NCBI GenBank assembly: GCA_037481835.1
Contig: JBBFKW010000006.1
Span: forward strand, 1 to 64,000
Source: Desulfosoma sp.
GTDB lineage: Bacteria; Desulfobacterota; Syntrophobacteria; Syntrophobacterales; DSM-9756
Length of the DNA stretch: 64,000 nt
Direction: 5' to 3'
Shown: piece after piece, positions 29,869-39,845 of the stretch
Layout of the letters: each line of letters starts with the position of its first letter
Position numbering within the stretch: the stretch's first letter is position 1
The notes under the pieces: generated by a model
The model's input: the letters and a program-made list of their open reading frames with translations, nothing else
Told to the model about the DNA's origin: nothing
Databases searched by the model: none
Position numbers and translations under genes: made by a program

Positions 29869-30105
29869 CCGACCCTAGAATGGTGCGACCCCCTGGATGT
29901 AGGAGATGCCTCTTGCTGTGAACACACCTATAAAGAGATGTCGCAATAACCCCCATCGCGCGAATCGAGACAACGAAGAATGAATGTCGTTTGCGTGCGG
30001 TACCCTACAGAGACTTTTATATAAAGATTCCCGGAGGAGCTCCCGGAGGCTCGAGTTCAATCCTTCATTGTGACACCGCGACGTAAGACCGTCTCCCCGA
30101 TTTTT

Positions 30106-30197
30106 GTTGGGGTTCGCTGCGCTCACCCCAACCTACATTCGCCACCCAACATCTTTATCTAAATTCGTAGGTTGGGGTGAGCGAAGCGAACCCCAAC
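30106..30197. repeat. REP doublet (two inverted GTAG-family repeats)
   Basis: Minus copy at 30106-30136 and plus copy at 30167-30197; the spacer resembles the one at 12905-12935. Confidence 0.85.
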
Positions 30198-30403
30198 CCC
30201 CATGCACCGGCCAACACCTTTGAATAAATTCGTACAAGCCCGCCGAACATTGAGTCGGGCGCCTTCTTGTCATCCCGTGCCGTTTGTGGAAGAATGCGCA
30301 TCATGCGGGGCATGCCCATGATCGCCCGCATTCTTGAAAAGGCACCCGGCAAAACATTCTGGATTCTTTTTTTTCCCTTGGTTCAGACGAAAGGAGGACT
30401 TTC

Positions 30404-30946
30404 ATGGCCGAATTGATGGACGTGATCCGATCTCGTCGCAGCATCCGCAATTTTGAAGAAAAAGACGTCCCCGACGAGCTGCTCCAAAAGGTTTTGGATG
30501 CCGTCAAATGGTCCCAGTCCTGGGCCAATACCCAGTGCTGGGAAGTCATCGTCGTGCGCAATCCGGAAACCAAGGCCAAGCTCCAGGAAACACTGGCCAA
30601 AGGAAACCCCGCCACCAAGGCCATGACGGCGGCTCCCGTGGTGGTGGCCCTGTGCGGCAAATTACAGAGCGCCGGGTACTACAAGGGAGAAAAGACCACG
30701 AAATTCGGCGACTGGTTCATGTTCGATCTAGGCATCGCCACCCAGAACTTCAGCCTCGCCGCCACGGACGCCGGCTTGGGCACCGTGGTCGTGGGCCTCT
30801 TCGACCACGACAAGGCCAAAGAAATCCTCGGGGTGCCGGAAGGCTACGAGCTCGTGGTGCTGCTCCCGCTGGGGTATCCTTCCAAAGTTCCATCGGCGCC
30901 GAAACGCCGGGAAATCGAAGAATTCACTCATTACGAAAAGTTCTGA
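30404..30946 (+). CDS. Nitroreductase family protein
   Basis: [22 protein letters not shown] and LGYP motifs. Confidence 0.9.
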   Translation: MAELMDVIRSRRSIRNFEEKDVPDELLQKVLDAVKWSQSWANTQCWEVIVVRNPETKAKLQETLAKGNPATKAMTAAPVVVALCGKLQSAGYYKGEKTTKFGDWFMFDLGIATQNFSLAATDAGLGTVVVGLFDHDKAKEILGVPEGYELVVLLPLGYPSKVPSAPKRREIEEFTHYEKF

Positions 30947-30981
30947 TCCAGGCCCGCCGGCACACATCCTGGAACTGACTC

Positions 30982-31016
30982 GCAGGTTGGGGTGAGCGAA
31001 GCGAACCCCAACCTGC
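30982..31016 (+). repeat. Single REP copy (GCAG variant)
   Basis: GCAGGTTGGGGTGAGCGAAGCGAACCCCAACCTGC. Confidence 0.8.
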
Positions 31017-31065
31017 AGCTCGACTCAACCTCCAGCAACACCCACCTTCGGCGAGACGACAAACC

Positions 31066-33786
31066 ATGAAAGCCCAATCTTCCAACCCTGCGAGTCCCAT
31101 GAACGAGAAGCGCTTTCGCTACCACCGAGATGATTTCGTGCCCTTTCCCCTCACCATGGAACACATGGACATCGAAATTCGCTTTTTCGACGACCATGTG
31201 GAAGCCTGCAACACCATTTTCCTTAAGGCTTTGGAACCGCTCATGGAAATCGTCCTGGATGCCAGGGATTTAAAAATCCTTTCCGTGCGCTTTGGGCCTC
31301 ACGGATCCCCGCCCCAAGACACCTGCGCCGTCCCCTATAGGCTGGATGAAGACAAGCATAAGCTCATCATCACCCCACCCCATCCCATCCCGGCGGGAGA
31401 ACGGTTTCGCATCGAGACGGAAAGCCTCTGCCACCCTTCCGATCATCTTCTGGAAGGCATCTACAAGGATGTCACGCCGCCCGGCGCACCCCAGCAATAC
31501 ATGTCCCAATGCCAGCAATGGGGCTTTCAGCGCATCATGCCCGTCATCGATGACTGCCGGGCCAAGTGCACCATGACCACCACCTTGGAAGGCGATGCCC
31601 GCTACACCCATCTCATCAGTAACGGCAACATCAGCCGCCGCCACAACCCGGACGGCGTCCCGGTTCCCGTGCCCGGTTGTCCTCATCGCAAGCGGATCAC
31701 CTACCACAATCCCGTGCCCATGGCCCCGTATCTCTTCATCGCCTGTGCCGGCACATGGGACGAACTGGTGGATTTCGTGACGTACCCGTCAGGGCGCACC
31801 ATCCGCCTGGAATACCTGGTCCCACCGGGTCGGCGCCATGAGGCCCGACTGCCCATGGACATCCTCAAGGATGCCGTGCTCTGGATCTACCACAACCAAG
31901 GCTACGAATACCCCGGGGAAACCTATCGCACCATCTGCATGACCAAGTCCAATTACGGCGGCATGGAAAACGTGGGCAACACCACCATCGTCACCGATGC
32001 GGCCCTCGTCACGGAACACAGCCTGGACAGCCACCTCCTTTACACCTATGCCGTGATCGTCCACGAATTCGAACACAACCAGTGCGGCAGCGAAACCACC
32101 ATGGAAACCCCCTTCGACATGTGGCTGAACGAAGCCTACACCGTGGATGTGGAACACCGCTACATGGCCGACCGATTCGACCCCACCTTCGTCCGCCTCC
32201 AGCAGGTGGACACCATTCGCAACCCACTCCTGGGCCCCCTGGCCATCGAAGACGGCGGCTCCGCGGGTGCCATCGTGCGCCGCGGCTTTAACGACCCCGA
32301 CGAGCTGGTGGATTCGGTCACTTACGTAAAAGGGGCGGAAGTCATTCGGATGCTTCGCCTCATGCTGGGCTCAAAGGCTTTCGACGCCGGGATTCGGCTT
32401 TATTTTACGCGCTACAAGAACGGCAACGCGAATACGGACCAGTTCTTCCAATGCTTCGAAGAGGCCGCGGGAGTCTCCCTCGGCGCGTTTAAGAAAAAAT
32501 GGCTGGAACGGCCGGGATACCCCAAAGTGACGGCCCGCACCCACTACGATGCCCCGTCGCGGACTTTTACCGTGACGTTGCGCCAGGACGCGGCGGAAGA
32601 CGAAGAGCCCTTCCCTATCCCCGTGGAAGCGGCCTTGGTGGACCAAAACGGGCGCGATCTGGAAGGAACCGCCAAAACCCTGGTTCTGAAAAGCCGCGAA
32701 CAGACCTTTCAGTTTGCCGATCTGCCCTCTCCTCCCGCCTTCGCCTCCCTGAACCGGGACGCTTCTTTCTACGGCACTTTCACGGAAGAAAGCCTCGACG
32801 ACGATACCCTGTGCCTCCAGGCACTCAAGGACCCCAACCGTTTCAACCGCGTCGAGGCATTCCGGAAACTCACCGACCGCCAGCGGATTCTCCAGATCAC
32901 GTCGCCGGGGAGCGTTGTTTCCGAAGCCTGGCTTTCCCTTTACGGAAAAATCCTGAACGATTCCGGCCTCTCTTCGGCCTGCAAAGCCTGCATGCTTCGC
33001 ATCGACGAACAGCCTCTGGATCGCCGGTTCGCCGCCTGGTTTCCCGAATTGGTCCGAGCCCGAGACGCCCTCATGGCCGCCGTCAACACCCGATACGCCC
33101 CCGAACTGGCGGCCGCCTTCCACGAACTCCAAAAATCCATGGAATCGCCCGCATCGCTTCAGGAAGGGATCGAAAGACGACTTCTTTCATCGGTCCTCGT
33201 GGATCTCATCGCCGTCGCCGACACGGCGGAAGTCCACGGCATGCTTTTGGACGTTTTTCGAAGGGCCCGGACGGCGACGGAACGGTGCGTGGCTCTTACG
33301 GCCCTGCACCGCAGTTCCTGGCCGGGACGCTTGGCCCTCTTGGAAGAAACCTACGCCCTGTGGCACCGGGACGTGACCGGATACGCCAACTACTTGAAAG
33401 TGATCGCCTCGGGAATCCACCCGGACGTGTGGTCCCTGGTGGAACGAGAAAAGGAACGCCCCGGCTTCGACCTCACCCATCCCACGCTCAGCCGCGCACT
33501 GCTCGTCACCATGGCCCAAAACACACGTCGGGTATGGACCGAGGAAGGCATCGATTGGATCCGCCGGCACGTCATCCAGCTCGCTCCCATCAACGCCGGC
33601 ATCGCCCGGCGGCTGCTCAACACCTTCCAGCACGTGCCGCACCTCAAACCCGAATGGCGCCGCCGCGTCTGCCGGGCTTTGGAAAACATCGTGGAAAGCG
33701 TCTCCGAAAAGACGAGCCCGAGCATCTTCGGACAGGCCGCGGCGTATCTGGAATCCTGCCGCCGCCTTTCGGAGCCCGGTGCATGA
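31066..33786 (+). CDS. pepN: M1 family aminopeptidase N
   Basis: GGMEN motif, HEFEH...WLNE zinc motif and VTYVKGAEVIRM. Confidence 0.9.
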   Translation: MKAQSSNPASPMNEKRFRYHRDDFVPFPLTMEHMDIEIRFFDDHVEACNTIFLKALEPLMEIVLDARDLKILSVRFGPHGSPPQDTCAVPYRLDEDKHKLIITPPHPIPAGERFRIETESLCHPSDHLLEGIYKDVTPPGAPQQYMSQCQQWGFQRIMPVIDDCRAKCTMTTTLEGDARYTHLISNGNISRRHNPDGVPVPVPGCPHRKRITYHNPVPMAPYLFIACAGTWDELVDFVTYPSGRTIRLEYLVPPGRRHEARLPMDILKDAVLWIYHNQGYEYPGETYRTICMTKSNYGGMENVGNTTIVTDAALVTEHSLDSHLLYTYAVIVHEFEHNQCGSETTMETPFDMWLNEAYTVDVEHRYMADRFDPTFVRLQQVDTIRNPLLGPLAIEDGGSAGAIVRRGFNDPDELVDSVTYVKGAEVIRMLRLMLGSKAFDAGIRLYFTRYKNGNANTDQFFQCFEEAAGVSLGAFKKKWLERPGYPKVTARTHYDAPSRTFTVTLRQDAAEDEEPFPIPVEAALVDQNGRDLEGTAKTLVLKSREQTFQFADLPSPPAFASLNRDASFYGTFTEESLDDDTLCLQALKDPNRFNRVEAFRKLTDRQRILQITSPGSVVSEAWLSLYGKILNDSGLSSACKACMLRIDEQPLDRRFAAWFPELVRARDALMAAVNTRYAPELAAAFHELQKSMESPASLQEGIERRLLSSVLVDLIAVADTAEVHGMLLDVFRRARTATERCVALTALHRSSWPGRLALLEETYALWHRDVTGYANYLKVIASGIHPDVWSLVEREKERPGFDLTHPTLSRALLVTMAQNTRRVWTEEGIDWIRRHVIQLAPINAGIARRLLNTFQHVPHLKPEWRRRVCRALENIVESVSEKTSPSIFGQAAAYLESCRRLSEPGA

Positions 33787-33792
33787 TCCCCC

Positions 33793-33836
33793 TTGACATA
33801 CGTCCTTTCGATGCTTCTTTTGAGAACTGTTCCTAG
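33793..33836 (+). promoter_or_regulatory. Putative promoter and PerR/Fur-type operator
   Basis: TTGACA at 33793; palindromic core GAACTGTTC at 33824-33832, just upstream of the regulator gene. Confidence 0.4.
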
Positions 33837-33856
33837 AAAGTTTACGGAGATTCAGC

Positions 33857-34246
33857 GTGGTTCGACTCACCCGACAGAGGAAAGCCATCCTTGAGGTTCT
33901 TCGCCGGGCCCATGAGCACTTGACGGCTGAAGAAGTGTACGCCGCCGCCCGTGGTATGGAGCCTCGAATCAGCCTGGGGACGGTTTACCGAAATTTGGAC
34001 ATCCTCGTCGAAGAGGGTTTGATCCAAAAGATCACCACGGGGTCGGGCCCCATGCGTTTTGACGGCAATCCCGAGAAGCATGCCCATTTGCGCTGCCAAC
34101 GGTGCGGCACCCTGGAAGACCTGCCCATGAAAAAAGCTTTCGATCCCCGCGAATACGTGGACTCCAGCCTGGGTCACGTGGTGCGGGGTGCGGTCCTGGA
34201 ATTTCACGGCCTGTGTCGCCGATGCGCCGCCGAACCCGACGCCTGA
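33857..34246 (+). CDS. perR: Fur family regulator, probably PerR
   Basis: RLTRQR, HLTAEEVY, SLGTVYRNL, HAHLRCxxC and CxxC motifs; heads an rbr-fprA locus. Confidence 0.8.
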   Translation: MVRLTRQRKAILEVLRRAHEHLTAEEVYAAARGMEPRISLGTVYRNLDILVEEGLIQKITTGSGPMRFDGNPEKHAHLRCQRCGTLEDLPMKKAFDPREYVDSSLGHVVRGAVLEFHGLCRRCAAEPDA

Positions 34247-34367
34247 GGTGTAGGCGGTTTGCAGGGCGTGAACGGGCCGAAACGGTCCGCCGGGGATTTT
34301 CCCGGCAGGGTCTTGGTTTGGGGATGAAGACAATGACGTTGAGAAACAGAAGACATGGAGGGACACG

Positions 34368-34943
34368 ATGGGACGTTTGAAAGGCACTCGGACGGAAAAG
34401 AACCTCTTGACGGCGTTCGCCGGAGAATCCCAGGCTCGAAACCGTTACACCTACTTCGCTTCCCAAGCCCGCAAGGAAGGTTACATCCAGATGGCGCTCA
34501 TCTTTGAAGAAACCGCCAATCAGGAAAAGGAACACGCCAAGCGCTTCTTCAGCTTTCTCGAAGGCGGAGAAGTGGAAATCCAGGCGGCCTTCCCGGCGGG
34601 TGTCGTGGGGACCACCTTGGAAAACCTCAAAGCCGCCGCGGCCGGCGAACACTATGAGCACACCGAGATGTACCCGGGCTTTGCCGCCATCGCCAAAGAA
34701 GAGGGCTTTCCCGAAATCGCGGCTCTGTTCATGAACGTTTCCAACGCCGAAAAGCAGCACGAAAAGCGCTACCGGGATCTCGCGGAAAACATCGAAAAAG
34801 GCCGCGTTTTTAAACGGGAAGCCCCGGTCAAATGGCGCTGCATCAATTGCGGCTACATTTACGAAGGGACGGACGCCCCCAAGCAATGCCCGTCCTGCGC
34901 CCATCCCCAAGGGTATTTCGAACTCCTTGGAGAAAACTGGTAA
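34368..34943 (+). CDS. rbr: Rubrerythrin
   Basis: [18 protein letters not shown] and C-terminal CINCG...CPSCAH. Confidence 0.95.
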   Translation: MGRLKGTRTEKNLLTAFAGESQARNRYTYFASQARKEGYIQMALIFEETANQEKEHAKRFFSFLEGGEVEIQAAFPAGVVGTTLENLKAAAAGEHYEHTEMYPGFAAIAKEEGFPEIAALFMNVSNAEKQHEKRYRDLAENIEKGRVFKREAPVKWRCINCGYIYEGTDAPKQCPSCAHPQGYFELLGENW

Positions 34944-35013
34944 CCCGCCGTTTGGAGCCACGGCGGCTCGGCCGCCGCGGCTCTTGTCTCATCCCAAAGG
35001 AGGTGACCGTTCT

Positions 35014-36210
35014 ATGGCGCCGGTGCCCATCAAGGACAACATTTTCAACGTGGGCGTAGTGGATTGGGACATCCGAGATTTCCACGGATATTCCACCTAC
35101 AAGGGCACGACCTACAACGCCTACTTGGTCGTGGACGAAAAAATCACCCTGTTCGATACCGTCAAAAAACCCTTCAAGAACGATCTTCTTCATAACATCG
35201 GGAAAATCACCGACCCGCAAAAGATCGACTACCTGGTTGTTAACCATGTGGAAATGGACCATTCGGGCTCCGTCCCCGAAATCATCGAAGCGGTGAAGCC
35301 GGAAAAAGTTTTCTGTTCCCCCATGGGCAAGAAAGCCCTGGAGGCCCACTTCGGTTCCCACCAGTGGCCTCTGGAAGTGGTGGAAAACGGCCGGGAAATC
35401 TCCTTGGGGCGGCGCACGGTTCGCTTTATGGAAACCCGCATGCTCCATTGGCCCGACAGCATGTTCAGTTACATCCCGCAAGACAAGCTCCTCATTTCCA
35501 GCGACGCTTTCGGCCAGCACTGGGCGACGAGTGAAACGTTCGACGACGAGGTGGCATTGTCGGAATTGCTGCGCCACGCCGCCAAGTATTACGCCAACAT
35601 CCTGTTGCCCTACTCGCCTTTGGTCCGAAAGCTCCTGGGGGCCGTCGCCGAGATGAAGCTGGAAATCGACATGATCGCCCCCGATCACGGGCTGATTTGG
35701 CGAAGCCGGCCGGATGCGATCCTCAAGGCCTACGAGGATTGGAGTCTTCAGAAAGCCGAGCGCAAGGCCCTGATCATTTACGACACCATGTGGCATTCCA
35801 CGGAAAAGATGGCCCATGCCGTCGCCTCGGGCCTGGCCGACGAAGGCGTCTCCCACAAGCTGCTGAACCTCAAACGCAACCACCGCAGCGACATCCTCAC
35901 CGAAGTGCTGGACAGCAAGGCCCTCATTTTCGGGTCTCCCACCCTGAACAACGGCATGCTCCCTACCATGGCGGACATCCTGTGCTACCTCAAGGGGCTC
36001 AAGCCCACGGGGAAAATCGGCTCCGCCTTCGGCTCTTACGGTTGGAGCGGCGAAGCGGTGAAGGACATCGTTCGGTGGATGGAAGAGATGAAGATCGAAA
36101 TCGTGGAGCCGCCCGTTCGGGTCCAATACGTTCCGAACCAGGATGTCCTGGCCCAGTGCGCGGAACTGGGGCGCAGGGTGGGCCGGGCCGTCAAGGAACG
36201 CGTGGCCTGA
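35014..36210 (+). CDS. fprA: Flavodiiron protein (FprA / rubredoxin:oxygen oxidoreductase type)
   Basis: GTTYNAYL, HVEMDH, HWPD, DAFGQH and PDHG; flavodoxin domain with FGSYGWSG. Confidence 0.93.
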   Translation: MAPVPIKDNIFNVGVVDWDIRDFHGYSTYKGTTYNAYLVVDEKITLFDTVKKPFKNDLLHNIGKITDPQKIDYLVVNHVEMDHSGSVPEIIEAVKPEKVFCSPMGKKALEAHFGSHQWPLEVVENGREISLGRRTVRFMETRMLHWPDSMFSYIPQDKLLISSDAFGQHWATSETFDDEVALSELLRHAAKYYANILLPYSPLVRKLLGAVAEMKLEIDMIAPDHGLIWRSRPDAILKAYEDWSLQKAERKALIIYDTMWHSTEKMAHAVASGLADEGVSHKLLNLKRNHRSDILTEVLDSKALIFGSPTLNNGMLPTMADILCYLKGLKPTGKIGSAFGSYGWSGEAVKDIVRWMEEMKIEIVEPPVRVQYVPNQDVLAQCAELGRRVGRAVKERVA

Positions 36211-36262
36211 GGGTTTGGGCCCGGTGCGGGGACGGTCCCGGCCGGGCGCACAGGAGGACACG

Positions 36263-37579
36263 ATGGATGCTTTGCTTTTGTCACGTTTGCAGTTTGCCGC
36301 CGCCACGTATTTTCATTTCTTATTCGTCCCGCTCACCTTGGGCCTTTCCATCCTCATCGCCCTGATGGAAACGCGCTTTGCGCGTTCAGGCGATGAAGAG
36401 TACCGGAACATGGCCCGGTTTTGGGGCAAGATTTTTCTCATCAACTTCGCCATCGGCGTGGTGACGGGGATCACCCTGGAGTTCCAGTTCGGCACCAACT
36501 GGTCCCGCTATTCCCGATACGTGGGGGATGTCTTCGGGTCCCTTCTCGCCATTGAAGCCACGGCGGCCTTCTTTCTTGAATCGACTTTCATCGCCGTCTG
36601 GGCCCTCACCTGGAATCGCTTGTCGGCCAAAGCCCACGCCGTGACCATCTGGCTCGTGGCCTTCGCCTCAAATCTTTCCGCCGTATGGATCCTCACCGCC
36701 AATGCCTGGATGCAGCATCCCGTGGGCTACACCCTCCGCGGGGGGCGAGCGGAACTTACGGACTTTTTCGCCGTCGTGACCCAGCCTTTCGCCTGGCACA
36801 CCATCGTCCACACCCTGAGCGGCGCCTACATTCTGTCCGGGATGTTCGTCATGGGCGTGAGCGCCTATCATCTGCTGCGGCGGCAGCATGTGAGTTTCTT
36901 CAGCCGGTCGTTCCGCATGGGGACAGTGATGGCCTTGATCTTTTCCGTGGTGGCCGTCGTCCACGGCCACGTGCAGGGATCCGAAGTGGCCAAGGCGCAG
37001 CCCACCAAGCTTGCGGCCATGGAATCCCTTTGGGAGACGAAACAGAAGGCCCCGCAGCACTTGTTGGTCATCCCCGATGAAAAAGGCGAACGGAATCGGC
37101 TGGAACTGGGGGCCATGCCCGGCGTGCTGAGCCTGCTCGCCTACCATGACGTGAACGCCACGGTCCGAGGGCTCAAAGACTTTCCCAAGGAAGACCGTCC
37201 CCCGGTGACCATCACCTTTCTCGCCTTCCGCATCATGATCGGCCTCGGGTTTCTCTTTCCCGTGCTTGCTCTGTGGGCTTTCTGGAAGCGCAACCGCCTT
37301 CTGGAAAGCCCCCGCCTGCTCAAGGTCATGCTTTACGCCATTCCCCTTCCCTATATCGCATCCCAGGCCGGGTGGACCGTGACCGAAGTGGGACGGCAGC
37401 CCTGGGTCGTCTACGGCGTCATGCGGACCGCCGACGCCGTATCGCCCATCGCTCCCTCCCAGGTGGCGGTGTCGCTGACGGCCTTCGTGGTGGTGTATTC
37501 CCTGCTCGGCCTCGCCGCCTTTTATCTCATGGCGCGTCATGCCAAACGGGGCCCGGCGGTCGAAGTCGCCGCATCTTAG
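36263..37579 (+). CDS. cydA: Cytochrome bd quinol oxidase subunit I
   Basis: LSRLQFA, HFLFVP, EFQFGTNW, QPTKLAAME and GRQPW motifs. Confidence 0.96.
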   Translation: MDALLLSRLQFAAATYFHFLFVPLTLGLSILIALMETRFARSGDEEYRNMARFWGKIFLINFAIGVVTGITLEFQFGTNWSRYSRYVGDVFGSLLAIEATAAFFLESTFIAVWALTWNRLSAKAHAVTIWLVAFASNLSAVWILTANAWMQHPVGYTLRGGRAELTDFFAVVTQPFAWHTIVHTLSGAYILSGMFVMGVSAYHLLRRQHVSFFSRSFRMGTVMALIFSVVAVVHGHVQGSEVAKAQPTKLAAMESLWETKQKAPQHLLVIPDEKGERNRLELGAMPGVLSLLAYHDVNATVRGLKDFPKEDRPPVTITFLAFRIMIGLGFLFPVLALWAFWKRNRLLESPRLLKVMLYAIPLPYIASQAGWTVTEVGRQPWVVYGVMRTADAVSPIAPSQVAVSLTAFVVVYSLLGLAAFYLMARHAKRGPAVEVAAS

Positions 37580-37606
37580 ACAGGGTTCAAGACAGGAGGA
37601 AGGACC

Positions 37607-38683
37607 ATGCTTGCGTCCGTATGGTTTGTGCTTTGGGGCCTGCTATGGGCCGTCTACTTCATGCTGGGCGGCTTCGACCTGGGTCTTGGCATCATGCAAC
37701 CCTTGGTCGCCCGCTCGGAAGAAGATCGCCGCATGATCGGCCAGGCCATGGGACCGTATTGGAACGGTAACGAGGTGTGGCTCATCGCCGCAGGCGGCGT
37801 GACCTTCGCCGCCTTTCCCACCACCTACGCCGTCATGTTCAGCGGCTTGTACAGCGCGCTCATGCTGATCCTTTTCGGGCTCATTCTTCGAGGGATCGCC
37901 TTGGAATTTCGCAACCAGAGCCACAGCGGCGCTTGGAAATCCTTGTGGGACGCCTGCCTTGTGGTGGGAAGCTTTCTTCCCGCTTTCCTTCTGGGCGTGG
38001 CCTTCGCCAACATTTTTCAAGGCCTGCCCATCGACCAAAACGGTGTTTTTCAAGGAACCTTGTGGACCCTCCTGAACCCCTACGGGTTACTGGGCGGGTT
38101 GTTGTTCCTGCTGCTTTTCATGGAGCACGGCACGTTGTGGCTCGCGGTGAAGACCACGGGGCCGCTCCATGAAAGGGCGGGTCAATGGGCCAAAGGCCTC
38201 TGGTGGGCTCTTGCCGCCACGGCCGTGGGTTTTCTCGTGGCCACCTGGTATGCAACGCGCCTGTACGCCAATTACATCCAAAACCCCATGCTCTTTTCCG
38301 TGCCCATCGTGCTCATCCCCGCCGTGACCGTGGCGGCCCTTTTCGGCATTCGGTTGTTCGCCGGAAAGAACCGGTGGGGCCGGGCCTGGATCGCATCGGC
38401 CTTGACCATTGTGGGAGCGACCTTTTTCGGTGTCATCGGCCTGTATCCCAACATGTTGCCGTCGAACCTCAACCCGACCTACAGCCTCACGGTCCATAAC
38501 GCCGCCTCCAGCCCTCTGACGCTGAAGATCATGCTCGTCGTCGCCATCATTTTCGTGCCCCTTGTGATCGCATACCAGAGCTGGGCATACAAACTGTTCC
38601 ACCGCACGGTGAGCGAGGAGGATCTGGCCTACGAAGAAGCCTACGGCCAGGACATCGCCCCGCCTGTGTCGTCCAACGGTTGA
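37607..38683 (+). CDS. cydB: Cytochrome bd quinol oxidase subunit II
   Basis: GFDLG, GPYWNGNEVWL and RGIALEFR motifs; follows cydA. Confidence 0.95.
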   Translation: MLASVWFVLWGLLWAVYFMLGGFDLGLGIMQPLVARSEEDRRMIGQAMGPYWNGNEVWLIAAGGVTFAAFPTTYAVMFSGLYSALMLILFGLILRGIALEFRNQSHSGAWKSLWDACLVVGSFLPAFLLGVAFANIFQGLPIDQNGVFQGTLWTLLNPYGLLGGLLFLLLFMEHGTLWLAVKTTGPLHERAGQWAKGLWWALAATAVGFLVATWYATRLYANYIQNPMLFSVPIVLIPAVTVAALFGIRLFAGKNRWGRAWIASALTIVGATFFGVIGLYPNMLPSNLNPTYSLTVHNAASSPLTLKIMLVVAIIFVPLVIAYQSWAYKLFHRTVSEEDLAYEEAYGQDIAPPVSSNG

Positions 38684-38976
38684 TCCGCCAAAGAACGGGC
38701 CTTCGAGTCGCCCGACTGCGACCCGAAGGCCCGCAGGAAGGGCTCCGCGAAAGCCTTTTCCACCCCGCCCGGCCCTTATGGCGGGCCCCCTTGATACCGT
38801 GATCCGCACAATACCATCCCTTGAAGGAATCCTTTCCCGCCGAGGGACGGCGCCGAGGGCGCAGACGGGCGAGTCATAAAGTCCGTCTTTGTGCCCGCAC
38901 CTCCAATGGGCCTTCGACGGCGAGAGCCGGCGCGGGGGCGTCGCGTTTTTCATTTCCGAGCGTGCCATTCTCGTTC

Positions 38977-39006
38977 TTGACAATCCCTTAAAAGTGTCAG
39001 TAAAAG
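38977..39006 (+). promoter_or_regulatory. Putative qrc promoter
   Basis: TTGACA-N18-TAAAAG, containing the inverted repeat TGACA-N12-TGTCA. Confidence 0.4.
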
Positions 39007-39126
39007 GACCATGTTTGTGAAAAAATGCGTTTAGCCGCCGGGAAAGGCGTCCCGTGCGGCGGCGTTTTATTCCGACGATACTCGTTTTTTCTTTCCGTTA
39101 ACCCTTGGAAGGCGTGGGGCGGACTC

Positions 39127-39684
39127 ATGGGCGAAGTGAAAAAGAGCGCGTCACAAAGGGGCGTCGGCATCGTTTCTTTCCTTGCCGGATTCATCGGAGC
39201 GCTTCTGGTCGGATGGGTCGTCTTTCCCAACGTGTTGTATTCCACCAAGACCCAGCCGATCACGTTCCTCCATTCCTCCCATCAGGACAGCAACTGCGAA
39301 GACTGCCACTTTTTCCGTGAGGACGGCTCCTACAGCGGCCTTCCCAAAGTGGAAAAGTGCGCGGAATGCCATGCCGAACCCATGGGAGACAGCCCCGAGG
39401 AAAAGAAGCTCGTCGAGGAATACATCCAGCAGGAACGGGAAATTCCATGGCTGGTTTACGCGTGGCAGCCGGACAACGTCTATTTTTCCCACGCGGCCCA
39501 CACGCAGCAGCAGGGGATCGAATGCGTCCGGTGCCACCGTGACGTGACCAAGGAAACCAAGAACCCGCCTTTTAAGGAAAACCGCCTGACGGGCTACAGC
39601 GAAAAGACCATGAAGATGGTGGAATGCGAAAAATGTCATGCGGAACGCGGGGCCAGCAATGCCTGTCACCTGTGCCACAAGTAG
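39127..39684 (+). CDS. qrcA: Membrane-anchored pentaheme cytochrome c, Qrc subunit A
   Basis: N-terminal TM anchor, five CxxCH motifs and QPDNVYFSH. Confidence 0.88.
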   Translation: MGEVKKSASQRGVGIVSFLAGFIGALLVGWVVFPNVLYSTKTQPITFLHSSHQDSNCEDCHFFREDGSYSGLPKVEKCAECHAEPMGDSPEEKKLVEEYIQQEREIPWLVYAWQPDNVYFSHAAHTQQQGIECVRCHRDVTKETKNPPFKENRLTGYSEKTMKMVECEKCHAERGASNACHLCHK

Positions 39685-39845
39685 TCAAGGCGCCACCGCG
39701 GGCTGGGTGGAAGGCGGAGGGAACCCCCGCCCTAAACCCCACGCTCGGTCCGTTGCCGGAGACGGGCGCGGTGCAAGAGGGCTCGTCGCAAAGGTTTGAT
39801 GGAGGCCCATGAGGTCCCTAACCGAATGAACGCGAGGGATTTGGA

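Noticed and set aside
29869..30100. AT-richer intergenic stretch with a tRNA-like GAGTTCAATCC
   Set aside because: No cloverleaf and no credible ORF.
39015..39032. TTGTGAAAAAATGCGTTT as a possible Rex box upstream of qrcA
   Set aside because: Only the left half matches TTGTGAA-N4-TTCACAA.
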